DNA of 64,000 nucleotides from Rikenellaceae bacterium (lineage in GTDB: Bacteria > Bacteroidota > Bacteroidia > Bacteroidales > Rikenellaceae), in the NCBI GenBank assembly GCA_047174045.1, contig JBCQUJ010000003.1:38005-102004 (forward strand), in the 5' to 3' direction. Under the pieces are notes generated by a model. That model had not been told where the DNA came from. It searched no databases and saw only the letters and a program-made list of their open reading frames with translations. Shown here one piece after another: positions 58,447-64,000 of this stretch. The translations under genes were made by a program, and so were the position numbers. The first letter of the stretch is position 1, and the number at the start of each line of letters is the position of its first letter.

Positions 58447-58944
58447 TTACCAACTAAAGATGTTACCAAACTTTGGCCAAACGATCTGCAAAACCGAACT
58501 CAACGCGAAAATCGCGTAGACAAACTTAACTCCTGTTCCTACTGCAAAGGCCGCAAAAGAACCAAAACCAACCTTAAAAGCGTGTTCGACCTTGCTCTTA
58601 TCTTGTGTCAACTCCCCCATTACAGCACCAACGAATGGCCCCAAGAAGATACCAAAAGGAGGAAAAAAGAATCCTGCAATCATTCCGATAGTAGCACCTG
58701 TAACTCCAGCCTTGCTACCACCCAACCGCTTTGTCATATATGCCGGCAAGAGATAATCTGCAACCATAACTACACCACAGACAAAACCCCACACCCAAAG
58801 ATTAAGATCAACCACAACAGAGCCTACAGATAGAAAAAAGAGCCCCAAAAGGCTCAATATAGGACCCGGAAGAACCGGCAAAACAGCGCCCACAATACCC
58901 AAAAGAGCAAAGATAACCGCCAAAGAATAATAGACAAAATCCAT
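58447..58944 (-). CDS. DUF456 family membrane protein
   Basis: LPVLPGP, DY.LP...TKR.GGSK.G, GPFVGA..GE. Confidence 0.85.
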   Translation of the reverse strand: MDFVYYSLAVIFALLGIVGAVLPVLPGPILSLLGLFFLSVGSVVVDLNLWVWGFVCGVVMVADYLLPAYMTKRLGGSKAGVTGATIGMIAGFFFPPFGIFLGPFVGAVMGELTQDKSKVEHAFKVGFGSFAAFAVGTGVKFVYAIFALSSVLQIVWPKFGNIFSW

Positions 58945-58957
58945 AATCTACGCTAAT

Positions 58958-59317
58958 CTATTTAATCAACTTGTTAGTAGCCGTGTCGGGAAAAACAACC
59001 CATGGCTCAAAACTCTTAGCATCCTCAAAATCAAGTTGAGCATAGGAGATAATGATGACAACATCGCCAATCTCAGCCTTGCGCGCAGCAGCACCATTCA
59101 AACAGATGCAACCACTGCCGCGCACGCCCTTTATAATATAGGTCTCGAAACGCTCACCATTGTTGTTATTAACAATAGCAACCTTCTCCCCCGCAATCAT
59201 ATTGGCAGCATCCAACAGATCCTCATCAATCGTAATGCTTCCAACATAATTAAGATTCGCCTCAGTAACACTAACTCTGTGAATCTTCGACTTCAAAACC
59301 TCGACCAACATCTTCAT
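58958..59317 (-). CDS. panD: Aspartate 1-decarboxylase
   Basis: [28 protein letters not shown]. Confidence 0.97.
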   Translation of the reverse strand: MKMLVEVLKSKIHRVSVTEANLNYVGSITIDEDLLDAANMIAGEKVAIVNNNNGERFETYIIKGVRGSGCICLNGAAARKAEIGDVVIIISYAQLDFEDAKSFEPWVVFPDTATNKLIK

Positions 59318-59333
59318 TGTCAATACAGTAAAA

Positions 59334-60173
59334 TTACTTCAATTTTATATTATCAATAAGTCGCACAGCACCCGCCTGGACAGCTATACAACCCTGAATA
59401 TTCTCACTATCACTCCAATCCACAAGCTCAACCATAGAGCTAGCATCGACAACCGCAAAGTACAAAACCTTCAACAAACCACTCGCCTCAACTCGCTCAA
59501 TAACACCACTACAAACATCACTCACGCCAACACCACCTCCTGCAGAAGCTTTCGCCCATTGCAAAGCCTTATATATATGTGGTGCTGAAGCCCTATGCTC
59601 CGGCGTCAACAAAACATTTCTCGAAGACAAAGCCAATCCATCGCTCTCGCGAACAGTATCAACCACAACAATATCAACAGGCAACTGCAGCTGCGCAACC
59701 ATAGCCTTAATTACTGCAACCTGCTGAAAATCCTTCTCACCAAAGAAGCTTTTAGCCGGAAGAACAATATCGAAAAGGCGACTCACAACCTGCGCAACAC
59801 CATTGAAGTGACCAGGTCTCGAAGCACCCTCCATACCTGCATCAACAGTTCCGAACTCAAAAACCCTCGTATCAACCTCAGGGTAAATCTCCTCGACAGA
59901 TGGCGCAAAAACAACATCAGCACCTACACCCTCCAACAACTCGCAATCGCTCTGCAACTGACGAGGATAGCGCTCCAAATCCTTAGGATCGTTGAACTGC
60001 GTAGGGTTAACAAAGATCGACACAGCAACAACTCCACAAGCCTCTTTAGCGCGGCGCACAAGCGACAAATGCCCCTCGTGAATAGCACCCATAGTTGGCA
60101 CAAAACCAACCTGAGACTGATCAAAGTTATCTAAAAATGCGCGTAGCTCAGCTACACTATTTACTATCTTCAT
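59334..60173 (-). CDS. panC: Pantoate--beta-alanine ligase
   Basis: [43 protein letters not shown]. Confidence 0.97.
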   Translation of the reverse strand: MKIVNSVAELRAFLDNFDQSQVGFVPTMGAIHEGHLSLVRRAKEACGVVAVSIFVNPTQFNDPKDLERYPRQLQSDCELLEGVGADVVFAPSVEEIYPEVDTRVFEFGTVDAGMEGASRPGHFNGVAQVVSRLFDIVLPAKSFFGEKDFQQVAVIKAMVAQLQLPVDIVVVDTVRESDGLALSSRNVLLTPEHRASAPHIYKALQWAKASAGGGVGVSDVCSGVIERVEASGLLKVLYFAVVDASSMVELVDWSDSENIQGCIAVQAGAVRLIDNIKLK

Positions 60174-60175
60174 TG

Positions 60176-60215
60176 CCTTACTAATACCTTACTAATACCT
60201 TACTAATACCTTACT
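60176..60215. repeat. 11-bp tandem repeat (about 3.6 copies) abutting the panC start codon
   Basis: CCTTACTAATA three times, then CCTTACT. Confidence 0.95.
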
Positions 60216-60319
60216 CAACCATATTAAGCGTTCAAAGGTATGAACAATAAAATTAAGGCGCAATAACAAAGCACAAAAAAAAGATTATCTTTGCAACATT
60301 AAGAGAGAGATTAGAAATT

Positions 60320-61111
60320 ATGAAGGTAAAAGATATTACAGCAGCGATCGAAGAGTTCGCGCCAAAAACATTGGCAGAGAGTTGGGACAACGTAGGGCTA
60401 ATGGTTGGCGCAACAGAGTCTGACATTCAGAGCGTATTGCTGACACTTGATGTGACAGAGAGAGTTGTAGATGAGGCCATAGAGCGTAACATAGGGATGA
60501 TTATATCGCACCACCCGCTAATATTCTCGCCACTCAAATCAATCACCGGAGCGACAGATGCGGAGCGTGCGATAGTGAAGGCGATAAAAAACAATATTGC
60601 AATATACTCTGCCCATACAAATGCAGATTCGGCACACGGAGGAGTATCGCAGATATTGGCAGAGAAACTTGGTGTGAAAATTACTGCTGCAATGGAGCAA
60701 AACCCAAGTTTTGAGATCCCCATAGGGTTGGGCGTAATTGGGGAGTTAGATGAGCCAACAAACACACTAGAGTTTCTAGCGAAGGTAAAGAGTGTGCTAA
60801 ACTTACCTATTGTAAAACATAGCGAACCACACACTCAAATGGTACAGAAAATCGCGATATGCGGCGGCTCTGGCGCTTCGTTCATCGAAAAGGCAAAACA
60901 ACTAGGTGCAGATCTATACCTGACTGGAGATTTGAAATATCACGACTACTTCGCGCCAGAAGGTGGCATCACAATTGCAGATATTGGTCACTACGAGAGC
61001 GAAATAGCGATCCTCGAAAAGTTCGAGAAGGTGCTTAAAAGCTCTCACACACTGAAAGGGCTAGAGATTTGCCACCTCAAAGAGTGTGCAAACCCAATTA
61101 AAACATTGTAA
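60320..61111 (+). CDS. Nif3-like dinuclear metal centre protein
   Basis: WDNVGL, SHHPLIF, HTNAD, GGSG, GDLKYH, GHYESE. Confidence 0.93.
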   Translation: MKVKDITAAIEEFAPKTLAESWDNVGLMVGATESDIQSVLLTLDVTERVVDEAIERNIGMIISHHPLIFSPLKSITGATDAERAIVKAIKNNIAIYSAHTNADSAHGGVSQILAEKLGVKITAAMEQNPSFEIPIGLGVIGELDEPTNTLEFLAKVKSVLNLPIVKHSEPHTQMVQKIAICGGSGASFIEKAKQLGADLYLTGDLKYHDYFAPEGGITIADIGHYESEIAILEKFEKVLKSSHTLKGLEICHLKECANPIKTL

Positions 61112-61123
61112 AATAGCAGCGAC

Positions 61124-62998
61124 ATGATAGAGCAACCGTGGATTTTAGATCGTTTCGACGACATCAGAGTATTGAGATATGAAGTGCCAGGATTTGAGCT
61201 ACTTCCGCTAAATGAGAAGATATATATATATTATTTGGCGAAGGCTGCTGAAGCTGGTCGCGACATAATATATGACCAAAACTTCGCGTACAACATAGAT
61301 ATTCGCGATACATTGCAGAGGATAATTGCCGAATACAAAGGTTCGCGCGACACAGAAGAGTGGAGAGCATTAGAGAAATATGCGAAGCGAATATGGTTCG
61401 CAAATGGAATACACCACCACTACTCTGGCGCAAAATTTACACCTGAATTTTCACGCGAATATTTCAGCAACACAATAGACTCTATCGGTGGATTCGACAC
61501 CGAAACAATTGCGACAATAACGCCTATAATATTTGATCCTGAGCTATACAAAAACCGCATCACGCACGATGAAGGTGTTGATATAGTGACAAACTCAGCC
61601 TGCAACTACTACGACAACGTAACGCAAGAGGAGGCTGAGAAATACTACGCGGAACTAACAAAAAAGAGTGATTCGAAAATCTCGTTGGGGCTAAACTCGC
61701 AACTTACAAAAGACGAAAACGGGAATATATACGAGAGAGTATACAAGCTTGACGGATTGTATTCGCACCAGATAGAGCAGATAATATATTGGCTAGAGAA
61801 GGCGCACTCCGTAGCGAACGAAACACAGAAAGAGATTATCGACCTGCTTGTAGAGTTCTACAGAACTGGAGATCTGAAAACATTTGATGACTACAGCATC
61901 GCATGGGTAAAGGACAACGATTCAAACGTTGATTTCATAAATGGATTCATAGAGGTTTACGGAGATCCACTATGCCGCAAAGCATCGTGGGAAGCACTTG
62001 TAAATTTCAAAAACATAGAAGCAAGTAGGCGCACAGAGATAATTGCAGCAAATGCGCAATGGTTCGAAGATAGAGCGCCAATAAAGCCTGAATATCGCAA
62101 ACCAGAGGTAAAAGGTGTATCGGCAAAGGTCATAACTGCGGCGATGCTAGGTGGCGATTGCTACCCTGCAACACCTATCGGAATAAACCTCCCGAACGCG
62201 GAGTGGATACGCCGCGACCATGGCTCGAAATCGGTGACAATCGACAACATAACACACGCATACGCCGAAGCAGCAAAAGGTGGTGGATTCACAGAGGAGT
62301 TCTTCATTGGCGAAGATGTACACCAAATAATTAAGAAACATGCAGAGAGATCAGATTCGCTACACACTGACCTTCACGAGTGTCTAGGTCACGGCTCAGG
62401 ACAACTTGCAAAAGGTGTAAATCAAGATGCGCTAGGTGCATACCACTCGACAATTGAGGAGTGCAGAGCCGATCTGTTTGGTCTATACTTTATGGCAGAC
62501 CAAAAGATGGTTGAACTTGGTTTGATACCTGAAATGGATGCTGCAAAGGCGCACTACATAAAATATCTGACAAATGGTGCTATGACACAATTGGCGCGCA
62601 TAAAGCTGGGCGACAATGTAGAACAGACACACATGAGAAACCGAAAGATAATATCGGAGTGGATATTGGAACGAGGCGAAGGTGTAGCGGAGATGGTTGA
62701 GAATAGTGGTAAAAACTTTATAGTCGTAAAGAACTTCGAACGTTTGCGCGAACTATTTGGCGAACTTCTTTTCGAGATACAGAGAATGAAGAGCGAAGGG
62801 GATTTTGATGCGGCAAAAACACTCGTAGAGAGATGTGGAGTAAAGATTGACCAGAAGCTACACAAGCAGATACTCGATAGATACAAGGCGCTAAACATTG
62901 AGCCATACAATGGATTTGTAAACCCTACATACACGCTAGTTATGGAGGGCGAAACAATCATTGACGTAGACATTAAATATCCAACAAAGATATGGTAA
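61124..62998 (+). CDS. Dipeptidyl-peptidase III (peptidase M49)
   Basis: GINLPN, HECLGH, EECRAD metal-binding motifs. Confidence 0.93.
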   Translation: MIEQPWILDRFDDIRVLRYEVPGFELLPLNEKIYIYYLAKAAEAGRDIIYDQNFAYNIDIRDTLQRIIAEYKGSRDTEEWRALEKYAKRIWFANGIHHHYSGAKFTPEFSREYFSNTIDSIGGFDTETIATITPIIFDPELYKNRITHDEGVDIVTNSACNYYDNVTQEEAEKYYAELTKKSDSKISLGLNSQLTKDENGNIYERVYKLDGLYSHQIEQIIYWLEKAHSVANETQKEIIDLLVEFYRTGDLKTFDDYSIAWVKDNDSNVDFINGFIEVYGDPLCRKASWEALVNFKNIEASRRTEIIAANAQWFEDRAPIKPEYRKPEVKGVSAKVITAAMLGGDCYPATPIGINLPNAEWIRRDHGSKSVTIDNITHAYAEAAKGGGFTEEFFIGEDVHQIIKKHAERSDSLHTDLHECLGHGSGQLAKGVNQDALGAYHSTIEECRADLFGLYFMADQKMVELGLIPEMDAAKAHYIKYLTNGAMTQLARIKLGDNVEQTHMRNRKIISEWILERGEGVAEMVENSGKNFIVVKNFERLRELFGELLFEIQRMKSEGDFDAAKTLVERCGVKIDQKLHKQILDRYKALNIEPYNGFVNPTYTLVMEGETIIDVDIKYPTKIW

Positions 62999-63531
62999 GT
63001 CGCCACAGAATAACATCTAACGGAGATAGATACTTTGCGCCAGCTTGGGAACTATACCTTGCAGCATTTCCGCAGATGGAACGAAGATCGCTGGAGCTAC
63101 ACAAAGAGGCACTATCGTTTGAAAAATTTCACGCCGATGCAATAGTTGACGGTGGGGAATTTATCGGACTGCTATTCTGGTGGGACTTTGGCTCGATGCG
63201 CTACATAGAGCATCTGGCGACAGACCCAAAACTGCGTGGCGGAGGGTATGGAGCGAAGATTATGCAGCAATTCATGAACGAATATTCATCGCCCGTAATA
63301 CTAGAGGTGGAGCGACCAGAGGATGAGATAAAGCAGCGCAGAATTGGATTCTACGAGCGATTAGGATTTGCATTAAACATGCACAATTATTCGCAACCGT
63401 CATACAACGCAAAAAGTGACGAACGACTCCCTCTGCTACTGATGAGTTATCCGAAACCAATACAAAAAGAAGATGTCGCTGCATTTTGCAATGAGCGACA
63501 CCCAGAAATATTTTTCAACAGAGAGTTTTAA
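62992..63531 (+). CDS. GNAT family N-acetyltransferase
   Basis: AFP..ERR, YIEHLA...RGGGYG, LEVE, RRIGFYERLGF. Confidence 0.88.
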   Translation: MVSRHRITSNGDRYFAPAWELYLAAFPQMERRSLELHKEALSFEKFHADAIVDGGEFIGLLFWWDFGSMRYIEHLATDPKLRGGGYGAKIMQQFMNEYSSPVILEVERPEDEIKQRRIGFYERLGFALNMHNYSQPSYNAKSDERLPLLLMSYPKPIQKEDVAAFCNERHPEIFFNREF

Positions 63532-63556
63532 AGGCTCTCTGTTTTTATTTTACTAC

Positions 63557-63847
63557 CTAGTAAATCTCCTTGATAATAGAGACATCTAGCGACTCCATCT
63601 TGCCATCAATGCTCTTGACAAACTCATTGAAGTGAGCCGTAGCATTATGAGCATCAATAGCATCTAGCGACTTCCAAACCTCGATAATGACATACTTCAG
63701 CGGATTCTTAACATCTTGATGAAGAACATAACTCACGTTACCCTCCTCGGTACGTGTACCATCTACAACAGCATTCAACGATGTGCGAACATCGCTCGCA
63801 AACTCCTCCTTTGCAACAATAGTTGCGATAATTTTTAACTCAGACAT
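63557..63847 (-). CDS. Antibiotic-biosynthesis-monooxygenase (ABM) family protein
   Basis: TRTEEGN.SY.LH, IEVW......H..T.HF. Confidence 0.85.
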   Translation of the reverse strand: MSELKIIATIVAKEEFASDVRTSLNAVVDGTRTEEGNVSYVLHQDVKNPLKYVIIEVWKSLDAIDAHNATAHFNEFVKSIDGKMESLDVSIIKEIY

Positions 63848-63939
63848 ACTCTACTCTGTTTTAGGTTATTTGACTGCGAAGATAATAAATAAAATTTGTA
63901 TCTTTGTGACAATCATAAAAAACAAGAAACCAAACAATT

Positions 63940-64000
63940 ATGGCAGACGAAAAGATAATTTTCTCGATGGTTGGCGTGAGCAAGGTATTCACGAACCAAA
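63940..64000 (+). CDS. ettA: 5' end of probable energy-dependent translational throttle protein EttA (partial)
   Basis: MADEKIIFSMVGVSKVFTNQ resembles the Bacteroidetes EttA N-terminus; only 20 codons visible. Confidence 0.6.
   Translation, partial: MADEKIIFSMVGVSKVFTNQ

Noticed and set aside
62360-62400. HECLGH instead of HELLGH in DPP III
   Set aside because: This is the known Bacteroidetes variant of the M49 motif.

Overview
This window comes from a Bacteroidales chromosome, most likely Rikenellaceae/Alistipes-like. Evidence: TAnnTTTG promoters, the rpmB-rpmG-DUF4295 operon, a FeoA-FeoB fusion and a HECLGH-type DPP III. Most of it is housekeeping: lepB, dapB, truA, feoB, frr, pyrH, dxs, miaB, plsY, rpsO, cinA, rpmB/G, panCD, tRNA-Ser(GCT) and tRNA-Pro(TGG). 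A ~21 kb anaerobic cobalamin synthesis/uptake island (10.4-31.7 kb) is headed by a B12 riboswitch. I see no integrase, transposase, reverse transcriptase or CRISPR array. Most notable points: (1) a gene fragment beside tRNA-Ser, truncated at both ends, that resembles a fimbrial-tip/C-type-lectin protein; its 3' end has the codon signature of a DGR variable region and is cut at a 10-bp inverted copy of the tRNA anticodon arm; (2) a cob/cbi cluster that lacks cbiA but carries a Dph6/DUF71-type ATP-dependent amidating enzyme, and whose only chelatase (CbiK) has a signal peptide; (3) a PyrD homologue with an eroded active site; (4) a candidate 6S-like structured RNA after the L28/L33 operon; (5) short tandem duplications on promoters or start codons, and several probable leaderless genes. 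All family calls come from motif recognition by eye; no database searches were run.
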